From Pseudomonadota bacterium (lineage in GTDB: Bacteria > Desulfobacterota > Desulfobulbia > Desulfobulbales > SURF-16), in assembly GCA_030597865.1 (NCBI GenBank), contig JAUVQZ010000002.1, positions 1 through 45,526 on the forward strand: 45,526 nucleotides of DNA, in the 5' to 3' direction. Within the stretch, counting starts at the first letter, position 1; every line of letters starts with the position of its first letter. Below the pieces are notes generated by a model. That model saw only the letters and a list, made by a program, of their open reading frames with translations. It was not told the DNA's origin and searched no databases. The translations under genes and the position numbers were made by a program. Positions 28,419-37,410 of this stretch are shown piece by piece.

Positions 28419-30665
28419 TTAACGGTAGTACAGGCTCTTGCCGCCCATCGTCATTAACGACTTGTGGAGATTAAGGCGGAATTCGCGCCGATCCCAGATA
28501 CCATGGATATGACCACGTTTCAGGGCATTACGGGCACTATGATAATCGGGCGGAATCTCCTCCCCTGTGGTGTCACGGATAACACGGGGGCCGGCAAAGC
28601 CGATCCGGCTGGAACGGATGGCAAACTGATAATGGGAGCATCCCAAAAAGCTGGCCACCGGTCCGGCGTATGAGTTGTTGTCGTACACAACGATATACAG
28701 CCCGCCGGCATCAACATATTCACGGACCGCCATGGTGCATTTGGGCATCTGGGTAACCCCCAAAGTCCCCTCCTGGATGCGAATACCACCCGTGGTATGG
28801 ACATAGGAGAGCAATGGCCGCCGCATCATCCGGGCCCGTTCAGCAGCCTGGACGAACTTCTCACCCTCGGTGGAACCAACGGTGCCGTTGCGGAAGTTGG
28901 AGTAGAGCATGGACACCACCACCTCAACGCCCATTACCCGGGCATCAAAGGTGATCATGGAGCTGCGCCGCCCTGTTTTCTTCATGGCAGCCTGCAACCG
29001 TTTTTCAAAACCTGGGGCCCTTAAGGGATTGCCAGCCGTGAGCTCCTCATTAAATTCCCGGATGGAATCTCGATCAAAGAGATGCTTGAGATACCACTCA
29101 TACTCCAGGGGAAAATGATGCCCGCATGTTTCACAGACACCGCCAAATTCACCATAGAGATCAGGCACCCACAGGTCTTTACAGCCAGCGCGCTCCGCGT
29201 TTGGACAGGTTACGGTGCGATCCTCATTGGCCAGGGGACTGGTGTAGGTGTCGTCGTATAATTCTTCACTGTCAACAGGGGGAGCCCCTATCTTGATGGC
29301 CTTGGAGGTCGCCTTACGGCTGAAAAGACCAAGGATTCCGGCAAGGGGGCCAGCCACCTGTTTGATGACCGCCGTGCTTTCACCGGTGACATCACGCATG
29401 ACCTGTTTGACCTGTTTGCTATGGCTGTGCAGCAGATCATAACGAAAATTATAGAAATATTGACTGCTCTTCTGACGCATGCGCTGGGCCAGTCCGCCGA
29501 GCAGGGTCCCCTTCTTACGGATACCCTGGGAGGCCATGTTGCGATACTTCTTGGACCTGAGTTCCAGTAACCGTCGAACCTCTTCAGAATTGAGCTCCCA
29601 GGACACATCGATATGGGGATCTTCAGGGTTCTCATCTTCGGAGCGCTTCAACTTCAGCTCATAGGCCCGGAAGGCCCGCAGACTCTTGGTCTTCAGAACA
29701 ACCTCATCCGTGGCGCGGACCATCTCAAACTTGACACGTTTGAAAAAGGCAAAATCATCGCGTTTGCCACCCAGACGCGGCTCATCAATGATCCGGTCAA
29801 TGGTGCGCAGGCGCAGATTCTCCCTGGAGGTAATCTTCAAGCGCTCGGCGCAGGACTCAACGGTTTCAGGGGGCAGCTTCTGCCCTTCACGAATCTTGCC
29901 CTCAATGGCGGCCGCTCCCTCTGGGGAGATGACCGAGTAATAGCCATGGGAAAACATCATCCTATAATCAGAAAGACCAATGGCCTCGGCACCACCGGAA
30001 CCACCCTCGGAAATAAGGGAGATAATGGGCACCCTGAGCTTGGTCATGGCAAAGATATTGCGGGCAATCTGCTGGCCGGCGCCAGGATAATCCTCAATGG
30101 GAAAGGAGCCGGGGGTAAAGATATAAGAGTGGATGGGGATGCCCTCGGTCTGGGCCACATACATAAAACGCAGGGCCTTCTCATTGCCCCAGGGCTTACT
30201 ACAACCGCCGTTGCGATACTCCTCACCATGCCCCTTTTCATGACCAATCACCATGACCTGCTGGGTCACGGTCTGGCCCTTCACCTGGGCGGAGATGGTG
30301 GCCTTGGCACAGACCATGGACGGATCAACGGAGGCCTCCTCCTCACCACCAAGCTCGGTGTATTCGTCATACACATTTTCCAGGATGTCCTGGAGGGAAA
30401 AGCGCAGGGGACTCCGGACAATGCGAACCCGGTCCATGCTGGTCAGGCTTTCGTCTGCCCGCTCCTCAAGGAGGATCAATTCATCTTCCAGGCCCTTGAT
30501 CTTGGCAAGGAGGGCGTCTTGGCTGAGGTCAAAAATGGCGGCGCGCACCGAGCCGAAACGCTCCTGCAGGCCAGCCACGTTACCCCAGGCCGAAGAACCT
30601 TTTACCTGAATGAGGTAATTGATTCTCTCATCTATTTTTAGCAATCGCTTTCGTATTTCTTGCAT
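28419..30665 (-). CDS. acetyl-CoA carboxylase carboxyltransferase, fused alpha (N-terminal) and beta (C-terminal) subunits
   Basis: The 748-aa ORF has an AccA-like half (VMVIGHEKGHG...FTPGSFPIEDYPGAGQQIARN...SEGGSGGAEAIG...SVISPEGAAAI). It also has an AccD-like half with a Zn ribbon (CPN...C...CETCGHHF) and TGGIRIQEG. Confidence 0.88.
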   Translation of the reverse strand: MQEIRKRLLKIDERINYLIQVKGSSAWGNVAGLQERFGSVRAAIFDLSQDALLAKIKGLEDELILLEERADESLTSMDRVRIVRSPLRFSLQDILENVYDEYTELGGEEEASVDPSMVCAKATISAQVKGQTVTQQVMVIGHEKGHGEEYRNGGCSKPWGNEKALRFMYVAQTEGIPIHSYIFTPGSFPIEDYPGAGQQIARNIFAMTKLRVPIISLISEGGSGGAEAIGLSDYRMMFSHGYYSVISPEGAAAIEGKIREGQKLPPETVESCAERLKITSRENLRLRTIDRIIDEPRLGGKRDDFAFFKRVKFEMVRATDEVVLKTKSLRAFRAYELKLKRSEDENPEDPHIDVSWELNSEEVRRLLELRSKKYRNMASQGIRKKGTLLGGLAQRMRQKSSQYFYNFRYDLLHSHSKQVKQVMRDVTGESTAVIKQVAGPLAGILGLFSRKATSKAIKIGAPPVDSEELYDDTYTSPLANEDRTVTCPNAERAGCKDLWVPDLYGEFGGVCETCGHHFPLEYEWYLKHLFDRDSIREFNEELTAGNPLRAPGFEKRLQAAMKKTGRRSSMITFDARVMGVEVVVSMLYSNFRNGTVGSTEGEKFVQAAERARMMRRPLLSYVHTTGGIRIQEGTLGVTQMPKCTMAVREYVDAGGLYIVVYDNNSYAGPVASFLGCSHYQFAIRSSRIGFAGPRVIRDTTGEEIPPDYHSARNALKRGHIHGIWDRREFRLNLHKSLMTMGGKSLYYR

Positions 30666-30721
30666 AAGATATAAAACAGATTCTTCTTTTGGTGGGGGGA
30701 ATCGTGTTCCCGCACCACCTC

Positions 30722-32128
30722 CTAAAAGGTCAACAACCTGTCAATATTCTCCTTTAAATACTCAAGGTTGGTCATCATTGGTTCACCATTGCTGGTCTCG
30801 CCTTCAATGGTTACCTGACTCAGAAAACTTAAGCCCCGCTCTTTGGCCTCGGCAATGGACTTGCCCCAGACCAGAGCCAGGGCCAGGTTTGGATCAAAAT
30901 CACTGGGAATGGCATAGGAGCGATCCGTGGGGACCTGGGTGTAGACAGCCGACCACGTATGCTCTGGGAACTTAAAGGTGTTAATGGTACCGATCCAAGG
31001 GGCGAAATCACGGCTGGTATCCTCGGCAACGATACGAAACTCGATACAGGCACCCTTAAACTCGATGCGGCGCTGACTGTAGCCGATCTTCTCGCCAAGG
31101 GCGACCCTGATTTGTTCCCTGATAAGGTTGGGTTGTTTTTTCTTGTAATAGGAAATTCGAGCTGAAACATCATTTTCAACCTGAATACGTGTGTTTACCT
31201 CAAGAAGATAAGGGCGGCCGTTGCGGGCAACGATCCACTCCCATGTCCCAACATTATCATAGCGGACATGTTTGGCAAGCTTGAGGGAGTATTCAACGAT
31301 CTGCTCCTGGAGCTTTTCGGCATCAAAATCGTAGTCAAAACAGCTATTGTCAAAGCCGGGGGCAGCCTCGAGACGTTTCTGGCGGCCCGTTGACTGGATG
31401 GTACAGTTTCTGGTCCCGAAATGGATCCGTTCACCATGCTTCGAGCAGAGAAGCTGAACCTCAAGATGATTATAATCGCGCAGGCATTGCTCAATAAGAA
31501 CGCCACCATCACCAAACTGGCGCTTGGCGTAATTCTTGATTTCCCGATAGGTACGCCGAAACTGCTCTATCCGGTTGACCTCTTCAATACCCATACCACC
31601 GCCGCCGGCAGCGGCCTTGACCAGGATCGAAGGGTTCTCAATGCCCTGGTTCCGCTGGTCATCAAGGAGTTTGGCGGCAATGGCCTCTGCCTCCATCTCA
31701 TTATAGATGGGGGCGGATGTGCCGGGAATGGTGGGAATACCAAGTTCGTTGGCCACCTTTTTGGTGTTAATCTTGTCACCAAGATCCTTAATCACCTCCC
31801 ATTTGGGACCGATGAAGACCAGGGGCCGATCCCGCAACGTGACCCGGCGGGCAAAACGGAAATCCTCTGAGAAAAAACCATACCCCGGATGGATGGCTGT
31901 ACAGCCGGTGTGATCTGCAATGGAGAGTATTTCATTGGGGTCGGTGTAACTTGAGATGCGCCAGACCTTCTGGTCGGCACCGCTGCCGCCGGCATAACGC
32001 CGGACATGCTCGGAGTCCTTATCCGGATCCGTATATACCATTACAAAGTCAAGACCGAGGTCTTCACAGGCAGTGGCTATCCTGATGGCGATCTCACCTC
32101 TATTTGCAATCAATACCTTAGCTTTCAA
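30722..32128 (-). CDS. accC: biotin carboxylase
   Basis: The ORF begins at TTG 32128 after GAGG and reads MKAKVLIANRGEIAIRI...HPGYGFFSE...KAAAGGGGMGI...NHLEVQLL. Confidence 0.9.
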   Translation of the reverse strand: MKAKVLIANRGEIAIRIATACEDLGLDFVMVYTDPDKDSEHVRRYAGGSGADQKVWRISSYTDPNEILSIADHTGCTAIHPGYGFFSEDFRFARRVTLRDRPLVFIGPKWEVIKDLGDKINTKKVANELGIPTIPGTSAPIYNEMEAEAIAAKLLDDQRNQGIENPSILVKAAAGGGGMGIEEVNRIEQFRRTYREIKNYAKRQFGDGGVLIEQCLRDYNHLEVQLLCSKHGERIHFGTRNCTIQSTGRQKRLEAAPGFDNSCFDYDFDAEKLQEQIVEYSLKLAKHVRYDNVGTWEWIVARNGRPYLLEVNTRIQVENDVSARISYYKKKQPNLIREQIRVALGEKIGYSQRRIEFKGACIEFRIVAEDTSRDFAPWIGTINTFKFPEHTWSAVYTQVPTDRSYAIPSDFDPNLALALVWGKSIAEAKERGLSFLSQVTIEGETSNGEPMMTNLEYLKENIDRLLTF

Positions 32129-32442
32129 AATGAACCTCGGGTAGAGTAGGGCCTGCCAGAGATGGCATGGTTAGGAATATATTTTAGTATGGGAAATAAC
32201 AGTGAATTCAAAAAAATATTTGAAATAGTTTTCTAACATTGTAAATGCGCTCAACAAGCTCCATCGAAGGCATGTTTCATTATTAACAGGAGCGTTCACT
32301 CAGATTCAAAACTATCATTTCAGGCCAGCAAAAAGAAGCCCTTCCTGATGAAAAATGAACTTCGTTTATACCTTTTCCCTCCGTCTTGGTCAATTTTTTT
32401 GTAATTTAGCTGGCTTTTTAGCCACGCTCTTCTTATATTTTT

Positions 32443-33405
32443 TTGTCAGTGAAGCCCTTTCAACAAAGAGAACTCAACACCCTATTTTTATTAAAAATAT
32501 TATTATTTCTGCATAAATTTTCCAGAACAGCCAGAGGCAATTTACCCCACATCCATGTCCGACAACTCACCCCCCCCTCCCCCTCATTTTTCAGAAAAAC
32601 CCTGCACACCCTTGGCCTGGCCCCTAGCCCTGACCCTGCCGAGGATCTAAGCAACGAACTCCAGGAGCTCATTGAAGAAGGCGAGGAACACGGCCTGATC
32701 AGCAGCCGGGAGGGGGAGATGCTGACCTCCATCTTTGAATTCAGGGATACCCAGGTCAAGGAGGTCATGACCCCGGCCACGGAGATTATCTCAGCACCCC
32801 TTACCTCGGCGCCCTGCGACATCATCAAGCTTATCACCGAACACGGCTTTTCCCGCATTCCGGTCTATGATGATTCACCTGACAAGATTGAAGGATTTAT
32901 CCATGCCAAGGACCTCCTGAGCTGCCCGGACACACCGGCGGTGATCAAGATCCCCCCCCTTCTGACCCCGATGATATTTGTCAACGAAAACGACAAGGTC
33001 ATGGCCCTTCTCCAGAATTTCCAGACAAACAATACCCATCTGGCCATTGTCACAGACGAATTTGGCGCCACCCGTGGTCTTGTTACCCTTGAGGACATCC
33101 TGGAAGAAATTGTCGGGGAAATCGCCGACGAGTCGGACAAACCGGAAAACCAGTGGCAGGTTGTTGACGAGCAGACCCTGGTTACCGATGCCAAAATCGA
33201 CCTTGAGGACCTTGAGGATTTTTTCAACATCACTTTCCCGGAAGGCCCCTATGAGTCCATCGGCGGCTTTATCATTGACCAGCATGGCCGGATTCCGGAA
33301 AAAGGTGCCACGGTTTCCTACCCCCCCCTCACCCTCACCGTGCTCAAGGCGGATAAGCGCCGCATCTCCACCGTGAAAATCCATACAGACTCTGAAAAAA
33401 AATAA
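32443..33405 (+). CDS. corC: CorC/YbeX-type protein (CBS pair plus CorC_HlyC domain)
   Basis: The sequence reads ...MLTSIFEFRDTQVKEVMTP..., followed by a CBS pair and a C-terminal transporter-associated domain. The stop overlaps the lnt ATG. The 5' end is doubtful (see finding): the only in-frame starts are TTG 32443 and GTG 32449. Confidence 0.8.
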   Translation: MSVKPFQQRELNTLFLLKILLFLHKFSRTARGNLPHIHVRQLTPPSPSFFRKTLHTLGLAPSPDPAEDLSNELQELIEEGEEHGLISSREGEMLTSIFEFRDTQVKEVMTPATEIISAPLTSAPCDIIKLITEHGFSRIPVYDDSPDKIEGFIHAKDLLSCPDTPAVIKIPPLLTPMIFVNENDKVMALLQNFQTNNTHLAIVTDEFGATRGLVTLEDILEEIVGEIADESDKPENQWQVVDEQTLVTDAKIDLEDLEDFFNITFPEGPYESIGGFIIDQHGRIPEKGATVSYPPLTLTVLKADKRRISTVKIHTDSEKK

Positions 33406-34922
33406 TGCCTACCCCCCTTTTTTCCCTTCTGTCCATACTCCTTCTCTACCTTGCCTCCCCAGGGCCCGGTCTTTCCTTTCTGGCCTGGATAGCCCTTGTT
33501 CCCCTCCTTATCTTCTGCCAAAGAACGCCGCCGGCCAAAGCTGCCCTGTGGGGCCTGGTCAGCGGCACCATCTACCACCTCTTCCTGGTGTACTGGGTAA
33601 CCATCTCCATGGAAACCTATGGTGGCCTGGAGCCCCTGGTCTCATGGCCGGCCCTGGGCCTGCTGGCCCTGTATATGGCCCTTTATTTCGCCCTCTTTTG
33701 TTACCTGATCAGCAAGACAAAGAACCGGCTTGCCCTGCCCTGGTTCAGCCCCCTGCTCTGGGTGGCCCTTGACCATGTCCGGGGCTTCCTTCTCACCGGC
33801 TTTCCCTGGATGGACCTTGGTTACAGCCAATATCAGTATCCCCTCCTGATCCAGACGGCAGATCTCACCGGCCACCATGGCATCACCTTTATCCTGGTCC
33901 TGGCCAATGCCCTTCTGGCCCAACTTCTCCTGGACAGGCAATGGTTCAGGCAGAACAAAAAACAGGCTGGCGCTGCCCTGGTTGTTCTAGTCCTTATACT
34001 CGGCTATTCCGTGGCCCGTTTTTATCAGGTCAAGGGGGGTCTGCAGACAGGCCCGGCCCTGGAGGTCGCCGTGGTCCAAGGCAATATTGACCAGGCCCTG
34101 AAATGGCAGAAGGAGCATAAAAAAATAAGCCTGGAGCGCCACCTGCAACTTACCAGGGAGGTCCGCAAAAAGAGCGGGGCTGCCCTGGTGGTCTGGCCAG
34201 AGACTGCCCTGGCCTTCTATCCCAGCCAAGATCCGCTCATGGACTATGTCCAACAGGAGACCGTGCAAAGCGCCCCCTTTCATCTGCTCACCGGCGCCCC
34301 CTATGTCCTGCGCCGGGAAACAGGATACGCCTACTACAACAGCGCCATGCTCTTGAGTCCGCATAACAGGCCGGACATCTATTTCAAGCAACACCTGGTC
34401 CCCTTTGGCGAATATATCCCCCTGCGCTCCATCCTGCCCATCCCCAAACCCATTGTCGAGAGCCTGGGAGACTTCTCCGCCGGCACCTCCGCCCATCCCC
34501 TTGATATGGGGGCCGCCAAAATAGGCGTCCTTATCTGTATTGAGGCGATCTACCCGGATCTGGCCCGCCGTGAGACGGCCCTGGGGGCGACGCTCCTGGC
34601 CAACATCACCAACGACGCCTGGTTTGGGGCCTCAAGCGCCCCTGTCCAGCATCTTGCCATGGCCATCTTCCGCACCGTTGAAAACAGACGAAGTATGGCC
34701 CGGGCCGCCAACACCGGCATTTCCGCCCTCATCCTACCCACCGGAGAGGTCCTCCACCAGACCGGCCTTTTCCAACAGGGCTATCTCAGCGCCAACCTGC
34801 CCCTTCTCTCCACCACCACCTTTTTCACCAGGGCCGGGTTTCTCTTCCCCCTGCTCTGCCTGGCCGCCACCCTTATTTTTCTAGGCATTTTTTTGAAAAA
34901 GAGAGACCAGCGGGTAAAATAA
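33405..34922 (+). CDS. lnt: apolipoprotein N-acyltransferase
   Basis: The 505-aa ORF has an N-terminal multi-transmembrane region and a C-terminal nitrilase-like domain (VVWPETA...GVLICIEAIYP...). Confidence 0.92.
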   Translation: MPTPLFSLLSILLLYLASPGPGLSFLAWIALVPLLIFCQRTPPAKAALWGLVSGTIYHLFLVYWVTISMETYGGLEPLVSWPALGLLALYMALYFALFCYLISKTKNRLALPWFSPLLWVALDHVRGFLLTGFPWMDLGYSQYQYPLLIQTADLTGHHGITFILVLANALLAQLLLDRQWFRQNKKQAGAALVVLVLILGYSVARFYQVKGGLQTGPALEVAVVQGNIDQALKWQKEHKKISLERHLQLTREVRKKSGAALVVWPETALAFYPSQDPLMDYVQQETVQSAPFHLLTGAPYVLRRETGYAYYNSAMLLSPHNRPDIYFKQHLVPFGEYIPLRSILPIPKPIVESLGDFSAGTSAHPLDMGAAKIGVLICIEAIYPDLARRETALGATLLANITNDAWFGASSAPVQHLAMAIFRTVENRRSMARAANTGISALILPTGEVLHQTGLFQQGYLSANLPLLSTTTFFTRAGFLFPLLCLAATLIFLGIFLKKRDQRVK

Positions 34923-35046
34923 TTGACGGGGCCAGAGGGTTTTGGGTATAGATGGACTCAGCATTTCCGGAGACATTTTGCAGATCCTCCTCCCAATTAC
35001 GTATAAAGGCAGGGCCAGCAGCCAGACCCCGCAGGAATAAAAAGAT

Positions 35047-36151
35047 ATGTCAGCAGAACTCCAACAGAAACTCCAAGGCTACAAAGACCGCCTTCTCACC
35101 TTACAGGTGCATCTTTGACCTAGCCGGCAAACAAGGACAGCTTGCCGAGCTTGAACACCAGACCATGAACCCGGACTTCTGGAATGATCCGGACAAGGCC
35201 CGCCAGACCCAGATTGCCATTGGCCGTCTGCAGGACCCCATTGATGGCTGGCAGGGCTGCTACGACATAGTTGAGGATGCGGAAATACTCCTTGAGCTAG
35301 CCCGTGAGGAGAAGGACGCCGATACCGAGCAGGAGGCTGGCGAGACCATTGCCTCCCTTGAAAAACGCCTGGAAGATTTTGAGCTTGAATGCATGTTCAG
35401 CGGTGAGCATGACAACAGCAATGCCATGCTCACCATCCATGCCGGTGCCGGCGGCACCGAGGCCCAGGACTGGACCGATATGCTGCTGCGCATGTTCCTG
35501 CGCTGGTGCGAGAAGAAAAATTTCCAAACCGATATTCTTGACCTGCAGCCCGGCGATGAGGCAGGGGTCAAGAGTGTCACCCTGATGATCAAGGGCAAGT
35601 ATGTCTACGGCTATCTGCGCTCCGAGGTGGGTATCCACCGCCTGGTCCGCATCTCCCCCTTTGACACCAGTGGCCGCCGCCACACCTCCTTTGCCTCGGC
35701 CTTTGTCTTTCCAGAACTTGACGACGACATTGAGGTGGAAATTATCGACAAGGACCTACGTGTCGATACCTACCGGGCCAGCGGCGCCGGGGGCCAGCAT
35801 ATCAACAAGACAAGCTCAGCAATCCGCATCACCCATATCCCCACCAATATTGTCGTCCAATGCCAGAATGAGCGTTCCCAGCATCGCAACAAGGAGACGG
35901 CCATGAAGATGCTCAAGACCCGCCTCTATGAACGGGAACAGGAGCTGCAGAGGGAACAGCATGAGGTCATTGGTGGAGAGAAAAAAGAGATCGCCTGGGG
36001 CAGCCAGATCCGCTCCTATACCATGCAACCCTATCGCCTGGTCAAGGACCACCGCACCAATCAGGAGAGCGGTAATGTCGAGGCGGTCATGGATGGTGAT
36101 CTCGACCCCTTTATCAAGGCCTACCTCCTATGGCAGGGCAACAACAAATAG
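35047..36151 (+). CDS. prfB: peptide chain release factor 2, programmed +1 frameshift (join 35047..35115, 35117..36151)
   Basis: Frame 0 reads MSAELQQKLQGYKDRLLTLQVHL and then meets CTT-TGA-C (35113-35119), with SD-like AGGTG 3 nt upstream. The +1 frame continues DLAGKQGQLAELE...SPF...GGQH(I)NKT (SPF and GGQ motifs). Confidence 0.93.
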
Positions 36152-37374
36152 TACATAGATGTGCCAAATGCGGGGCCTGCACCCCGGTCTGCCCTGTCTA
36201 CCAGAGCACGGCCAGGGAATCGCACACGGCCCGCGGCAAGCTTCACCTCTTTAAGAGGGGCGGCTCTTTTGACTCTGCCTATTTTAATGATCTGCTCTCC
36301 AAATGCATCCAGTGCGGGGCCTGCGATGATGTCTGCCCCCGTAATTTAAACCCCAGCGCTGACATCCGCGCCTGGCGGGGTCAGCAGCCCTTTGGCCGTG
36401 ACCCGCACGCCTTTGTAAAATTTCTCAGCAGAAAGGTGCTGGCCAGCCCCCTGCTCCAGGAGGGGGGCAGCCATACCCTGCGTGCCCTCTTTGCCAGCCT
36501 GCCGCAGGCAAGCGGCCTGCGAAAACGCCTTGACCTCCTCGTCCCCGGGCTGACAGCACGACCACCCCTGCCCCCCTCCAAGAAAAAGAGTGGCTCCAAA
36601 CCCCTTTCCTATTTCCCCGGTTGCCTGGCTCAACATCTCTATACAAATATTAAAGCGGCCACGGCTCTTCTGGCCAACAACTGCGGCTATGAACTGTACA
36701 GCCCTGCCTCGCTCACCTGCTGCGGCTTGGCCTCCCATGCCTCCGGCAATATGAAAGAGGCCCGGGCCGCAGCCAGAAGGAACATTGCGGCCTTCGGCGC
36801 TGGCACTCCCGGCGCTGGCACTCCTGGCGTTACCACTCCCGGCGTTACCACTCCTGCTGACCCTGACGGCCCCATCCTCACCTCCTGCGCATCCTGCACC
36901 AGTCATCTCATGAGCTACCCAGCTCTCTTTACTGATGACCCGGAGATGCATAAAAAGGCGCTGGCCTTTGCCCGGCGCATCCAGGAATTTTCCACCTTTT
37001 TTCTTGGCCGGGAGGGACTGACATCCTCCCACCCCCAAGAGACCCTTTTTTACCATGACCCCTGCCACCTCCGTTTTGGCCCCTGCCAGGTCATAAAAGA
37101 GCCGCGCCAACTGCTCACCGAAATGAACGGCTGCCCCCCGCTCCCCCTGCCCCCACACTGCTGCGGCCAAGGCGGCCTCTGTCACCTGACCAACCCTGAC
37201 ATTTCCAAGGATATTTTCACCAGGGCGCAACACCCTCTTGCGGAACTTTCAACAGCAACGGTGGTCACCACCTGTAGCGGCTGCCTGCTCCAATGGCAAC
37301 AGGGTTTAGCCAAGGCCCCCCACACAGCGGAGCATCTTGCCGTTTTCCTTGCCAAAATAAGCGAGGATTGCTAG
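36130..37374 (+). CDS. (Fe-S)-binding oxidoreductase subunit, GlcF/HdrD-like (2x4Fe-4S plus CCG domains)
   Basis: The sequence has CAKCGACTPVCP and CIQCGACDDVCP ferredoxin motifs and two Cys-rich CCG-type regions (FPGC...CCG; HDPCH...CCGQGG). It overlaps the prfB 3' end by 22 nt. Confidence 0.8.
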   Translation: MAGQQQIVHRCAKCGACTPVCPVYQSTARESHTARGKLHLFKRGGSFDSAYFNDLLSKCIQCGACDDVCPRNLNPSADIRAWRGQQPFGRDPHAFVKFLSRKVLASPLLQEGGSHTLRALFASLPQASGLRKRLDLLVPGLTARPPLPPSKKKSGSKPLSYFPGCLAQHLYTNIKAATALLANNCGYELYSPASLTCCGLASHASGNMKEARAAARRNIAAFGAGTPGAGTPGVTTPGVTTPADPDGPILTSCASCTSHLMSYPALFTDDPEMHKKALAFARRIQEFSTFFLGREGLTSSHPQETLFYHDPCHLRFGPCQVIKEPRQLLTEMNGCPPLPLPPHCCGQGGLCHLTNPDISKDIFTRAQHPLAELSTATVVTTCSGCLLQWQQGLAKAPHTAEHLAVFLAKISEDC

Positions 37375-37410
37375 TTTGAGATACTATTTTTTCTAAAAAA
37401 AGGAGCGTCC

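Noticed and set aside
26879-30641. Long plus-strand ORFs 26879..27862 (327 aa) and 29613..30641 (342 aa).
   Set aside because: They are antisense shadows of birA, the BCCP-like gene and the carboxyltransferase. They have no motifs and are Gly/Arg/Pro-rich.
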